Source: Callorhinchus milii (lineage: Eukaryota). From it: a DNA stretch of 64,000 bases. This document shows, piece after piece, positions 12,069-24,038 of the stretch. Below the pieces are notes generated by a model. That model ran no database searches. It saw nothing but the letters and a program-made list of their open reading frames with translations, and had not been told where the DNA came from. The stretch spans positions 19,034,001 to 19,098,000 of the forward strand of contig NW_024704749.1 of NCBI RefSeq assembly GCF_018977255.1, read 5' to 3'. Within the stretch, counting starts at the first letter, position 1. Every line of letters starts with the position of its first letter. The position numbers were made by a program, and so were the translations under genes.

Positions 12069-12181
12069 AAGCGGTTTCCTTCGGGGCAGTTTGCTTGAGG
12101 AGAGGCTCACTGTACAGGCTGTCGCTGGCCTACAAACCCTCAGGGACCATCGCCCCACAGCCTTCTTTACTCCTGGACACA
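12069..12181 (+). CDS. Laminin exon 11: LF domain
   Basis: AVSFGAVCLRRGSLYRLSL...LLLDT, similar to beta PVCFEKG.NY.V.L...LIDS; gtgagt donor. Confidence 0.85.
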
Positions 12182-12270
12182 GTGAGTTCCAAATCATTTC
12201 AAACAACTTGCTGACTGACACACATCTGTGGTCTGTTTTACCTGACCTGATCTCCCTTCTTTTCCTGCAG

Positions 12271-12451
12271 ATCCTCCTCCTACCCGACCTCCCGGCTCTA
12301 CGAGCTTACAGCGCCCTGCCCAGCCCCCAGCGCGCTCAGGCAGAGCATTGCCTCCAGGGTAGGTGGGCTCCAGGCCGGCAGAGACCGGGAGACGGGCAGT
12401 GCCAACCGCTGGAGTTCTCTATCATGGCGGAAGTGTACGATGGGGCACAAG
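12271..12451 (+). CDS. Laminin exon 12: end of LF domain
   Basis: ILLLP..C..CQPLEFSIMAEVYDGAQ; weak donor G|gttatt. Confidence 0.85.
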
Positions 12452-12530
12452 GTTATTACATGTCACTGTATAGACACGGACAGCGAGAGAGAATCAGCAT
12501 TTACACAACCCGGTTCAGATCAGACGTGTG

Positions 12531-12905
12531 TCAGCCTGGCTCAGTTGGTAGCTCTCTCGCCTCAGATTCAGAAGGTTGTGGGTTCAAGCCCCACTTCGGG
12601 ACTTGGAATCACGTCGTCTAAGCAATGCTGGGGGTGTGGGGTCGGAGGTGTCCTCCTTCGGATGAGACGTTGAGCCCAGGTCCCGTCCGCCTGTTCGGGT
12701 GGACGCTAAAGATCCCGCGGTGCTATTCGAAAAGAGAAGGGAGTTTCTCTCTCCTGATGCTCTGACCAACAATCCCCAAATAAAATTGGTCGCTGCCTCC
12801 ATGGCTGTTGTGGGTACGTTGCTGTGCGCAATTGGCTGCTGCGTTTCGCCCACAAAACGCAGTCACGGCACTTTACAGTATATCCCGCGAAGCGCTTTTG
12901 TAAGA
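12531..12905 (+). mobile_element. Second tRNA-headed DeuSINE-type family
   Basis: ggctcagttggtagc..ggttgtgggttcaagcccc head plus the same core; related copies near 15380-15780(-), 38415-38835(-) and 60060-60350. Confidence 0.75.
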
Positions 12906-13106
12906 CATTCGGATGGAGACGGCCAATAAAGCGGTGTAATAATCCAAGGTTTATTAAGTAATACAAACAGCCTAACTTATTCTTAAACCTGAGACCATAG
13001 ATACAGTAGAATCGAATTTGGTTCCACTGGACAGTGTGCTGACCCTCTACGGCAACCCCAACTAGAGAGAATGGCATTCATTTTGGGACACAATAAAGTC
13101 CCCCTC

Positions 13107-13232
13107 GCCTGTCTGCCCCATTGCCTGTCTGCCCCATTGCCTGTCTGCCCCATTGCCTGTCTGCCCCATTGCCTGTCTGCCCCATTGCCTGTCTGCCCCA
13201 TTGCCTGTCTGCCCCATTGCCTGTCTGCCCAA
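13107..13232. repeat. 16-bp minisatellite
   Basis: Tandem gcctgtctgccccatt units. Confidence 0.9.
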
Positions 13233-13300
13233 TTCCTGTCTGATGGTTTGTCTGCCTGTTGTTTGCCTGCCGTGTGTTCTAATAACCTGTTTCTGTGCAG

Positions 13301-13447
13301 AGTGTGACTGTGATGTCTCGGGGTCTCGCAGCCGGTTGTGCCAGGGGGCGGGAGGTCAGTGTGACTGTAAGCCGCTGGTCACCGGGCGTCGGTGTGACAC
13401 GTGCGGCCCCTTCTCTTACGGCTTCCATTCATTGCACGGCTGCAGAG
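13301..13447 (+). CDS. Laminin exon 13: LE
   Basis: CDCDVSGSRSRLCQGAGGQCDCKPLVTGRRCDTCGPFSYGF..GC. Confidence 0.92.
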
Positions 13448-13718
13448 GTGAGCGATGGCACCGGGGAAGGCACCTTCAGACCCGGCAGCACCACAGTGCC
13501 AGTCACTACACCGACGGTCAACGGTCTCCCCAGCTCCACCATACACAAAACACTCCACGATCCAATTAATCCAAAACACCACCGGCCGCACACTCACCCG
13601 CACTAAACTCCGTACCCCCATCCCCCACCCCCCCGTCACACCGGCTCTAGCCGGGCCCCGCTGGCTCGGTGTCGCTGATCGGATGGATTTCAAGGTGATG
13701 CGGTCGTTGTGGTTACAG

Positions 13719-13859
13719 GGTGCGAGTGCCAGGCTGGCGGGGCGCTGAACCAGGCGTGTGATGGGCACAGTGGGCAGTGCGCCTGCAAGAGCAACGTGAC
13801 TGGACGGAGGTGCGACACCTGCGTCCAGGGATACCACGGCCTCGGTCGGGCCTCCACAG
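13719..13859 (+). CDS. Laminin exon 14: LE (Cys1-Cys7)
   Basis: CECQAGGALNQACDGHSGQCACKSNVTGRRCDTCVQGYHGLG; eighth Cys supplied by exon 16. Confidence 0.92.
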
Positions 13860-14225
13860 GTAACAGGCGCCACGTCTCCGCGGGCAACCGACACAACGCA
13901 CACACCTGGGTTCACCGACACAGCGGCACATTTACACATCGACCGACGTACCCGCACAGCGACGACATACCAACACACTCACAAAGCAGCACTCACACAC
14001 ACACACACACACCATCCTGCTTGCTGATACACTCGCTCATTCACCCCCCACCCCACCCCACCTCACCGCCACACGCACACGCACACACACACGCACACGT
14101 ACACACACACATTGTCTCTCTTAACTTCAAACTTACAGGATATTTGGCTGCACACTGACAGCGAACTCTCTCTCGCTCTCCCTTTCTCCCTTTCTCTCTC
14201 TCGCGCTCTCTGTCCATGGCTCTAG

Positions 14226-14348
14226 CTGGCTGTGCGGTAGCTGAGGGCGACAGGCTGGCATGTGGACCTCCCACCATCTCCGCTGTTGGGTGCCAGCTCC
14301 GGGGGTGCTGCTACGACAACACTTCAGGCTCGTGTTACTATTTTGGAG
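14226..14348 (+). CDS. Laminin exon 15: trefoil (P-type) domain
   Basis: CAVAEGDRLACGPPTISAVGCQLRGCCYDNTSGSCYY follows the trefoil pattern C..R..CG.P.I....C..RGCC.D....C.Y; tag / gtaatt, 123 nt, phase 1-1. Confidence 0.88.
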
Positions 14349-14504
14349 GTAATTCAGTCCCTCCTGCACTATCTGTAATAGGCCATATACCATCCCCATC
14401 ACCATATTATCTTCTTTCTTATCTTCTTTCTTATCTTCTTTCTCATCCCTCCCTCCCTCCCTCCCATCCTATCTTTCTTATCTTTCTTATCTTTCCTATC
14501 TCAT

Positions 14505-15000
14505 AGAGCTCAGTGTTTAGAGCGCTCGCCTCACAAGCGAGAGGACCTGGGTTCGATTCCCGGCAGGGCCAAACGTTGGCCAAGTTTCCTTACTCCACAT
14601 CCCTCTGTTTACCTGGCAGTAAGCAATGTTAGTCGATTGGCGAATCACTTTTCCGGGGGTAATAATTCCTTCAAAAANTAATAATAATTTGGACACTTAA
14701 TCCACGACTGTTTGAGGGACACTGCTGGTGTACTAATGGGCTGCTGCGTTTCACCCACAAAACATAGTCAATTCACTTTACACTTCTGTGAAGCTCTTTG
14801 AGACTATAAGGGAAAAGTAGATAGTTATTTGAGGAGGACGTTTGCAGGGCTCTGGAGAGAGAGCGGGGGAATGGGATTGATTTGAGTAGCTATTTTCAAA
14901 GAGCCGAATGGCCTCCTTCTGTGCTGTATAATTCTATGGTTCTGTGAGACATCTAGAAGATGTGAGAAGGCACTATATCAAATATAAAGATGATTATTAT
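14505..15000 (+). mobile_element. tRNA-derived SINE interrupted by a CR1-like 3' fragment
   Basis: SINE head and core; insert ending gaatggcctccttctgtgctgtataattctatggttct; SINE tail resumes near 14945. Confidence 0.65.
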
Positions 15001-15155
15001 ACCCTCCCCATCACCATGTACATTCCCCATCACCCTATACCCTTCTCGTCAGTGTACACCCCACCTCCGCTGCTCCCCTCCCACCTGTATCACGCTGTAT
15101 CTCTGCTCAGCTCGTGTGTCCTGGCCCCTCTCTAACGCTGTGTTTTTCCCGGCAG

Positions 15156-15279
15156 GGCTGGGCTGCCGCCCGTGTGCTTGTGACCTGGAATTCTCCGTGA
15201 ACAACACGTGCACTGAGACTGGGCAATGTGTGTGCAAAGCGGGGGTCACTGGGTTAAAGTGTACAGAGTGCTTACCCAG
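15156..15279 (+). CDS. Laminin exon 16: LE
   Basis: GLGCRPCACDLEFSVNNTCTETGQCVCKAGVTGLKCTECLP. Confidence 0.9.
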
Positions 15280-15895
15280 GTTAGCAGCTCCATGATATCC
15301 ACGTTAGTACGGTTTGTATAAGAATGGCACTACAGCCCAGAACTGCCTGTAACAGGTCATCACCATAAACACAGAGATAGATAATAATAATCCTTGCATT
15401 TGATATAGCGCTTTTCACGTCGGGAGGACGTCCCAAAGCGCTTCACAGAACACACTGTAAAGTGAATTGACTGTACATTTGTGGGCGAACGCGGCAGCCA
15501 ATTGCGCACAGCAATGTCCCACAAAGAGTCACAGAAACCAGTGATCAATTATTGGTGAGATTGGTGGCCAGGATACCAGGAGAGAGAAACTCTTCCCGAA
15601 CAGGCAGATGGGACCTTGGTTTAACGTCTCATCCCAAGGACGGCACTTCCGACAATGCAGCGTATCCCCCCACCACCGCACTGGGGTGCCATCTTAGACT
15701 ATGTGAGTTCAAGTCCTGACGTGGGGCTTGAATCCACAACCTTCTGTTTCAGAGGCGAGAGTGTTAGCACCGCCCCAAGGATGTGTGCGCTACCCACTGG
15801 GGCTCCGAGGCATCTGTTGTCCGTTGGGTGTTTGGTGCGGGTGGGTTGGGGGCCGGACAAGCGTACACACATTGACTCTGGTTTCTCGCCCTCAG

Positions 15896-16044
15896 GAAGC
15901 CTGGCCCCGGCCCGCTCTCTGCTGCCTGTCGGCCGTGCGCCTGTCACCAGCACGGCAGCCTGAAGCAAACGTGTAGGGCGCGCAGTGGCCAGTGTGAGTG
16001 CAAACGGGCCGCCATGGGGCAGCGCTGTGACCGGTGCAAGCCAG
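15896..16044 (+). CDS. Laminin exon 17: LE
   Basis: CRPCACHQHGSLKQTCRARSGQCECKRAAMGQRCDRCKP. Confidence 0.9.
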
Positions 16045-16625
16045 GTGAGAGCCCCAGCTACAGGCGGAGACGCCTGTCATATCGGGAGAGAGAAAACGAG
16101 AGAAAGAACGAAGCTAACCGCCGGAGCCCTCAAGAGGCCGACCTGCAGGCACAGCTACCTATCACCCCTCAAAGAGAGAGCGTGAGAGACTGAGCGCAGA
16201 GAAGCCTGTGACAGCTCAAAGGGACCAGGATACAGGCAGAGATGCTTGTTCAGTTTAGAGAGGCTGAGCTACACACAGAAATGTTGTCACGGTTCAGAGA
16301 GAGATTGAGCTACGCTCAGGCAGATGGGGGTGTGGGAGGGGGGGCGGCGGAGTGGGGGGGCGGAATTGATCCTCGGTTTAATGTCTCATCTGAAAAGCGG
16401 CGCCTGCGATAATGGGGCGTTCTCCCCAGCGCCGCACTGGAGCGTCGGCCGAGAATGTGAGCTCCCAAAGTCCCTGATTCGGGGCTTCTGACCCAGGAGT
16501 GAGAGCGAGTGACAGGCTGACACGTTGTGGGCCTGGGGTAGGTGCTGATGGGATTGCCCGGCGTAGCAGGCTGGGTTGGCGTTCGAAACGCACCCTCGGG
16601 TTAACATTATACCGTGTTTTGTCAG

Positions 16626-16842
16626 GATATTACGGGCTGGGACCCTGGGGTAGGGATGGCTGTATCCCTTGCTTCTGCTTCGGACACTCAACGAGCTGCA
16701 CCTCGGCTCCCGGCTTCACCCTGACCGCGGTCCGGCATCAACGCACCATCTTCAACCCCGAGGATCTCTTGAGCAGACCCTGGAAGGGAGTGGACGGCCA
16801 AGGGCGGGAGGTTGCAGTGACTGAACTGGCGGAACTGCCCAG
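16626..16842 (+). CDS. Laminin exon 18: LE and start of gamma-type L4 domain
   Basis: GYYGL..GCIPCFCFGHSTSCTSAPGF...WKGVDGQG, the gamma-chain style entry into L4. Confidence 0.92.
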
Positions 16843-17624
16843 GTACAACCACCAGGGGGCGATCCTAGCCATCGCCGGCTTCACCCACCGGGGCACGTTT
16901 TACTGGACGTGGAAACGTTCTTTCATCCTGAGGTTCAGGGCTTCGCAGCGTCGCTGAGAGAGAGTCTCGGAGAGAGGGAGCGGGAAAGAGAAACCAGGGA
17001 GGGAGGGAGGGAGGGAGCGAGAGAAAGAGGGGGAACGGGAAAGAGAAAAGGGGGAGAGAGAGAGAGAGAGAGAGAGAGCGAGTGAGAAAGACACAACGCA
17101 GGAGAGCGAGGGCGGGCGGGGGGGGTGGGGGGGTGGTAAAGAGGTAATTGAGAATCAGCCGGGAGTCGGGTGACACACGCGGACACCCGTGTGGAAGCCC
17201 GGAGATAGACTGTTGGAATGGAACGCGCGCAGGGACGCGTCCTGCTTACCTAATTCCGGGAAGTCTCAGGCGCAGGTTGACAAGAGCCAAAAGGCTTGAG
17301 GACCCCAGAGCGTGCGGGTTGGGGTAACTGCTGGAATCTCACCAGCTAACACCGCATAACTTGCCATTGATATTGCTGTCCGGCAAGCCTTCCCCCCCCC
17401 TGCTTCTCCGGCTGAGAACGTTAGAGCTGCTCGCGGAAGTACTGGAGCTCTCTAAATCTAATCCCGTTTCCTCCTCTCTCTCTCTCTCTCTCTCTCTCCC
17501 CATCGTGTCTGTGCTGGTCCTCGCTCCCCCCCGCCCCCCCCCCCCATTGGAGCTCTCTACTCTAATCCCATTCACTCAGCTCCTTGTGGGTGGAATACTA
17601 AGACGCTATGTTTGACATTTGCAG

Positions 17625-17749
17625 GTTTGTGTACCAGATACGCTCTGCTGACCCGGATGTGTTTTTTTCAGCTCCACCTGAGTTTTTAGGTGATAAAAGA
17701 ACCGCTTACCTGCAGCACCTGAGCTTCACACTCAGCCAGTCCCACACAG
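17625..17749 (+). CDS. Laminin exon 19: L4 domain
   Basis: VFFSAPPEFLGDKRTAYLQHLSFTL. Confidence 0.92.
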
Positions 17750-17974
17750 GTAGGACGTACACAGCCCTGAGCTCAGACCTCTATCCCAGGCTCCGAACCA
17801 AAGCCCCGAGCAAGAAGGGGATAGGGAGGTCACTGTAGACGTGGTAGTTCTTTTTAGGGGGGGATTTAAAGACGAATGGGGGGGGGTCGGGGCGGTGACA
17901 AGACTGAGGCGTGAATGTTCGGGGTTTACATGTCCGTGTGGGTTGTCCTGAGCTGCTCTGTCGTTTCTCCGCAG

Positions 17975-18087
17975 ACTCCCAAATGGTGTCGGAGGCTGGG
18001 GACGTGTTTCTAGAAGGACGGCTGCTGTCAGCGCCCCTGGTGACCCGTCTGCCCGAGACCCCGTCTGTCAATCCCACCGAGTACAGG
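17975..18087 (+). CDS. Laminin exon 20: L4 domain
   Basis: GDVFLEG...PSVNPTEYR|gtacgt. Confidence 0.88.
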
Positions 18088-18567
18088 GTACGTGCCCGGG
18101 GGTGAGGGGGGAGGAGGGTGGAGCAGGATGGGGGTGGGGGTGGGGGTGGGAGATACAAATCTCATCCAACACATTCACTGCATAAATCACACTAAAATCA
18201 ATTGGTTCAAAGTGACTCCGGACTGACTCCTATTTAATACCTAATAATAAAATTATCCTTATGTTTCCCATTGAGGCGATGTCCTTGCCTGGCAAGGTTC
18301 ACTGTTGAAGTGTAGTGACTGTGCGCTGCAGACTGTACTGCTATCTGAGCCTTTAAATCCATACAAATTGACAGCAAACAGCAACTTGTTGCTCAGAGAG
18401 CGCTACAGGGCATGGGCGCAGATAACCTACAAACACACAGTCACTTGACACCCATTCGCTGTGAATTGCTTTGAAAACATTGCGATGTTACAGGCAGAGA
18501 AAGGCTCATCGCTGCTGTTGGTGTCGACGGTGACGGCAGGTTCTGGCTCCTGTTTGTGTCTCCGCAG

Positions 18568-18693
18568 GTGAAGCTGGAGGACGGTGTGTGGTTCCTGGGG
18601 AGTGTGGCGCTGGGCACAGTGGCCAGCGCACAGCAGCTGATGAGAGTCCTGACCGAGATCAGCAGCATTAAAATTCGAGCCAAGTACAGCCAG
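18568..18693 (+). CDS. Laminin exon 21: L4 domain
   Basis: VKLEDGVW...LMRVLTEISSIKIRAKYS. Confidence 0.92.
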
Positions 18694-18841
18694 GTCAGAG
18701 CGATCGCACTCCTCCCTCTCCCTTACCCCACCCCACTGCCCCCCACGGGGTCTCCCCCCTCTTCTCTGAAGTCTCCACCCCTTCCCCCCCACCCCCTCCC
18801 ACCCCGGCTCTCGCTGTGTCTGATTCTGGTTTGATTGACAG

Positions 18842-18958
18842 GTGCCAGGGAGCTGGGTGGTCCTGCACTCGGCGGCGATCACCCTGGCAGCTCCTGGCAG
18901 CAACGCTTCACCTCCTGTGGGCATCGTGGAGCAATGTTCCTGCCCTGAGGAGTACACG
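18842..18958 (+). CDS. Laminin exon 22: end of L4, LE resumes
   Basis: ITLAAPG...VEQCSCPEEYT|gtgagc. Confidence 0.9.
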
Positions 18959-19009
18959 GTGAGCACAACAACAACAACTTGCATTTATATAGCGCCCTTC
19001 ACTCGGGGC

Positions 19010-19365
19010 AGCGTCTCAGAGCGCTTAACAGTGGCGGAGCCTGACGCCGAGCTGAGGGGAGGGAGGAGAGGAAGGTCGTGATCTTAAAGAGGGGAAGAAG
19101 TGGGGGCAAGGCGGAGGGATTGGGGGAGAGAGTTCCAAAGCTTCAGGGCACAGTGGCTGAAAGCACGGCCATTGATGGTGGAGCAGCGGGAACGAGGGGC
19201 AAGCAGGAGGCCAGAGCCAGCTGGGCGGAGGCAGCGGGTAGTGAATTGGGTAGAGAGGAGGTCAGAAAGGTAGGGAGGTGGTGGAGCTGGGGAGACCGGT
19301 GAGGGGAGGGCATTGGAGCATTCGAGGCGGGAGGTGACGAAGCTGTGGGCGAGGGTTTCGGCTGC
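19010..19365 (-). mobile_element. L2-type LINE 3' fragment
   Basis: Translates as AETLAHSFVTSRLECSNAL...GRAFSHCALKLWNSLPQSLR; similar fragments near 9840-10080, 42770-42995, 44390-44660 and 63620-63870. Confidence 0.75.
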
Positions 19366-19573
19366 ACTGGGGGTGAGGTTCCTCCGAGGAGGAAGTGTGC
19401 GTTTCATTCCCGGCACGGGAATTCCCACGTGTCGGTGGCGTTGATACACGCGTGGAATTCGCAGTCTGGTTGGGATCCTCCTAAACATGATGATGGGTTA
19501 CCGTGGGGGTTGAATGGGACTGAGTGGTTGTAGCTGTCGCTGAGGGTGTGTTTTCCCCGTGTGGGTTGCGCAG

Positions 19574-19793
19574 GGCCGCTCCTGTGAGCGCTGTGCTGTG
19601 GGATACACCCGAGCGCTCCTTCAGGAATTCCAGGATCCGTTCGGAATCTGCCGCCCATGTTACTGCCACAAGCACTCGGCCAGCGCCTGTGATCCGGAGA
19701 GCGGCCGCTGTGACTGTCAGCACTTCACCGACGGTGATCACTGCCAGAGATGCCGGCAGGGTTTCTATGGAGACTCCACTCGAGGCCGGTCAG
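19574..19793 (+). CDS. Laminin exon 23: LE
   Basis: GRSCERCAVGYTR..PFGICRPCYCHKHSASACDPESGRCDCQHFTDGDHCQRCRQGFYGDSTRG (gamma-like LEb). Confidence 0.93.
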
Positions 19794-19824
19794 GTCAGTG
19801 GCCGTGTGATATGCACTGTGTGGC

Positions 19825-20180
19825 CGTGTGATCCCATAGCGCAGTGGTTAGCATCCTCGACTCGCAGGAATGAGGACCCGGGTTCAACTCTTGCACGGGG
19901 TAAAACCTCAGGCACCTTATTCCACACTCCTCTCTTTACCTAACAGTCAGTAAGAACCTGGTTGTTACTCGATTGGTGGATCGCTTTCCAGGGGTAATGA
20001 TTAATATTCCCTTCAAACCAATTTGGTCTGCAATTGTTTGTGGGACACTGCTGTGCGCAATTGGCTGTCCGGTTTCGCCCACAAAATACACAGTTAATTC
20101 ATCTTACAATATATTGTGTGAAGCGCTTTGAGACGTCTCGATGACATGATAAGGCGCTGTATCAAATGCAAGGATTATAA
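19825..20180 (+). mobile_element. tRNA-derived SINE
   Basis: Same head, core and tail as the 8353 copy. Confidence 0.8.
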
Positions 20181-20637
20181 TATGTTGGTGTGTAATACAC
20201 ATTATGTGACTCAGAGTCACTGTGTAGTGCGAGCGCGCAGTTCTTGGCTATTTCATGGCAGACACATGTTTACGCTTCAGATCTCTCCCGCAGCTGCTGA
20301 AGTTTCTCTTAACTTGAGGGTTGTTTCTGTGTAACTTGGGTTGTAGTTTGTAAACTCATCTCTTCTGCTTTGGAATCGCTCCACGCTCTTCACTCTGTGC
20401 ATCTGCAAAGCACTTGGCTGGGTCGATTGTGCTCTCGCCTCTGGGTCAGAAGGTTGTAGGTTCAACTCCCATTTCGGGGACATTGAGATCACAGTCTAGA
20501 CTGACACTCCAGCCCTGTTCTGGGGGAGTGCCGGACTGTCAAGAGGTGCTGTCCTTCAGATAAGACGTTAAACCGAGGTCCCGCCCGCCTGGTTCAGGTG
20601 CACATGCTAAAGATCCCATGGCACATTTGAGAAAGAG

Positions 20638-20963
20638 AATAATAATAATAATAATAATAATAATCGTTGCATTTGATATAGCGCTTTTTCACGTCTTCGA
20701 GACGTCTCAAAGCGCTTCACAGAATATACTGTAAAGTGAATTGATTGTATAATTGTGGGCGAAACGCGGCAGCACACAGCAGTGTCCCACGAACAGCCGT
20801 GGATTGAGCGACCAAATTATTATCTATTTGTTTTTTTTTTCTTGAGGGATTATTATCAGGCGTGCGGAGTAAGAAAATTTGCCCAAGGTTTCGCCCTGCG
20901 GGAATCGAACCCGGCTCTCTGGCTTGCGAGGCGAGTGCTCTAACCACTGAGCTACAGGACTCC
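20638..20963 (-). mobile_element. tRNA-derived SINE
   Basis: Reverse-complement copy of the 8353 family. Confidence 0.85.
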
Positions 20964-22283
20964 ACGAAGCTTCTCTCTCCTGGTCGCTCACTCCACGGCT
21001 GTTTGTGAGACATTGCTGGGTGCAAATTGACTGTCATGTTTGCCTACACAGTCACTGTACCTCACAGTAAATCCTGTTAAGCGTTTTGAGACTTTGAGAC
21101 GCAGCGAGAGGCACTCTACCAAGTACAAGTATTATTATTATTATTGTAATAATCGCTGTAAAGAGTTTGACATGTTTCCGTGCGATAAGGCGCCATAAAA
21201 ATGTCAGGTTCTTCGTTTCGTCCTGATAAAAAACAAGTCTCGAGGCTTTCGCTGGTGGAGTTATTGTCTGCTTGGCTTAATGAAAGCCAGACTTGCAGAG
21301 GTAGGTAGGCGAGGGATGTAGACACGGAGTTCCTGCTGCCGGTGGAATGGAGGCCACACATTGTGGCGATTGTGTGGAGAAGAGGTATAGAGTAACAAGA
21401 CAAACTTCCAGCACAGCGATCAAATCCAATAAAGGCCAACAGCTGTGAGCAAGAGTTGGCTCGGGCAGCGAGCTCGTCTGCACAGCGCCTTGGACTGGGG
21501 AAGTGTCCGGCCGTGCCTGTCAGGGCTCTGGGCCGTCCGACAGTCAGACACGTTCGACTGTCTGGAGTCACCGTGCAGGAATGGTGATTACAAGCCCCCT
21601 TTTGTTAAGGAATGAGTGACCGTCTGCGGAACTCAACACATGTGCGGTTGCCAGACGCCTGTTGCTGCTGTCAGACCCGAACAGCCAAGACACTGTGCGC
21701 GCAAGCTTCCTCCTGCCACGGGGTTCAACCACACATTCTTACAGTGGGGCTGGATTCCTTGTGTAACTTTAATGGTTGTTTGGAGCGCTCGTGGGGTTTT
21801 TGTTGGACTTGTGACGGCTGCTCCTGCTAAAGCAGCTAATGTAGAACGCTCTATAAAGCTTTATACCCCAGCAATGTATTATTGCACAACACACACGCGG
21901 CAGGAGTCAGGCAGACTCCAAGATATATTGTTCTGGCCCCAGACACTGTACCGCTCGGAACCGCACTGCAGAGAGATGTGCTTTCAGGGGAAGGTTTCAA
22001 ACTATTTAATTTGAGGAGTTATGTGAAGTATTTACAAAGCTATGTAGAATGGAGCGGTGAGTTTCCTCTCTCTGAATGTGCGAACAGCTTGCAAACCCAG
22101 CTTGGGAGAGGAGGCTTCCTACCCCAGGGAGCAGGTTAATCGCAGCCATAAATTAGCTTTCCCCACCCCCACCAATGTCTGTCAAGAGAGAAAAAAGCTT
22201 CCAAGACTGTATCGCTACTCACAAGATCACAACATCAGTTCCTGTATTGTGGGGTCTATATATATATTATATATATATAAAAA

Positions 22284-22635
22284 ATAATCCTTGCATTTGA
22301 TATAGCACCTTATCACGTCGCTGAAACGTGTCAAAGTGCTTCACACCATATATTCTGAAGCGAATTGACTGTATATTTTGTGGGTGAAACGCGGCAGCCA
22401 ATTGTGCACAGCAGTGTCTCACAAACAGTTGCGGATTGAGTGATCAAGCTATTATTTATTTATTTATTTGAAGCGATTATTACCCTAGAAAGCGACTTTC
22501 TATTCAACTAACATCTGGGGTCCTACTTACTGCTGGGTAAACAGAGGCGTGAGGAGTAAGGAAGCTTGGCTAAGGTATCGCCCGAGTCCTCTCGCTTGCG
22601 AGGCGAGTGCTCTAACTACTATGCTACAGGACTCC
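22284..22635 (-). mobile_element. tRNA-derived SINE
   Basis: Reverse-complement copy; further copies near 1120-1430, 30130-30420, 31790-32060, 32930-33298 and 34330-34620. Confidence 0.82.
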
Positions 22636-23340
22636 ACGCTTACAGCACAGGAGAAGACCATTTGGCCCAATGTGTCTGTGCTATAACTGCTTTAAAAGCA
22701 ATCCTTTCAGTCCCATTTTTTTCGGTAATTAACTAGTGCCCTTTTTGAAAGCTAATACGGACTCTGCCTCAGTGTGTTCCACCTCCCAACCACGCTGTGA
22801 GTTACATGATGGTTGTTGTTGTTGTTGTTGCGTTTTGGATGAAGAAGACCCTTTGGTCCATCTGATCTTGTCCCATCACAGCATCAAGCTGCTGTTTAAA
22901 TGTGTCCCAGTGTCCTGGCCTCAGCCACCCTTCCTGGTAACGAGTCGTTAATCACTAGATGTACTGGACCCGGACAGAGAGACACACACTCGCCACATTC
23001 AGGGGGAATGGGCTTGCTGCTCGGGAGATGTTGCCGTGTTGGACTCGCTGTGAACTGCTCCCGGCCTCTCCCGAGCGCTGTCTGCTTTCCGTCACTCTGA
23101 CCACCTGTCCGGTGAGCACAGCTGAGAGACAGCCTGCGGCAGTGTGGTGCAAGCAGTCAGCGTCACTCAACACCAGCCTCAACCCCCAAACCCCAGCCCC
23201 GACCCTCAGCCCCAGCCGCAACTCCAAGCCCCAACTCCCGGCCCCAAGCCTCAACTCTCAACCCCAGCCCCAAACCCCTGGCCCCACCATCTCAACACGT
23301 CTTTCTCTCTTCCACTCTCTCTCTCTCTCGCTCTCTGCAG

Positions 23341-23528
23341 ATGACTGTCAGCCATGTTTCTGCCCCGGGATAGTGGGCTTCTCTCCGTCCCTCAATGCCT
23401 TTGCTGCCAGCTGTGTGCTGGAGACAGATGGTAACACCACCTGCCTCGGCTGTGCTGAAGGCCACACGGGTCGGCACTGCCAGCTCTGTGACACTGGTTA
23501 CTACGGAGACCCACAGAGCACCGACCAG
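23341..23528 (+). CDS. Laminin exon 24: LE (GC donor)
   Basis: DDCQPCFCPG...C..CLGCAEGHTGRHCQLCDTGYYGDP; the only phase-compatible donor is CAG|gcaag. Confidence 0.88.
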
Positions 23529-23866
23529 GCAAGAGAGCAGCCCTAACCCTGTTGTCTTCAAAATAAATCCCTCGTTCTCCCTCACTCCTCTCTCTCTCTG
23601 CTTTCCCTCTCTCCTCTCTCTCAATCTGTCTCTCACTCCTTTCCCTCTCTCCCTAACTCCCCCCTCCCTCTCTCTCTCTCCCCCTCCCACTCCCCTTCTC
23701 TCCATCTTTCCCTCGTCTTTAATCCTGTCTCTGATGGTTTAGACGATAAGCTGGTGCTGAACGCTGTGCGTTATGTTATCTTTTCTCAGACCAAGCGCTC
23801 TGAGATGCTAACCCTGAGTGGGAGGGCGCTATCTAAGTGCACGTTGTCGTTGTTGTTTTCTCTCAG

Positions 23867-24038
23867 ATTGAAGGGGGAGCCTGCAGGCGATGTCGGTGCA
23901 CCAACAGCCCTGCTCTGTGCGACAGAACGACAGGACTCTGCACCCATTGTGCCCAGGACACCTCTGGCTTTCACTGTGAGCAGTGTAAGGAGGGATACTT
24001 CGGGCAGGTCACCCCAGGACTGGGCAGTAACTGCACAG
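23867..24038 (+). CDS. Laminin exon 25: LE
   Basis: GGACRRCRC..CDRTTGLCTHCAQDTSGFHCEQCKEGYFG..NCT. Confidence 0.92.
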
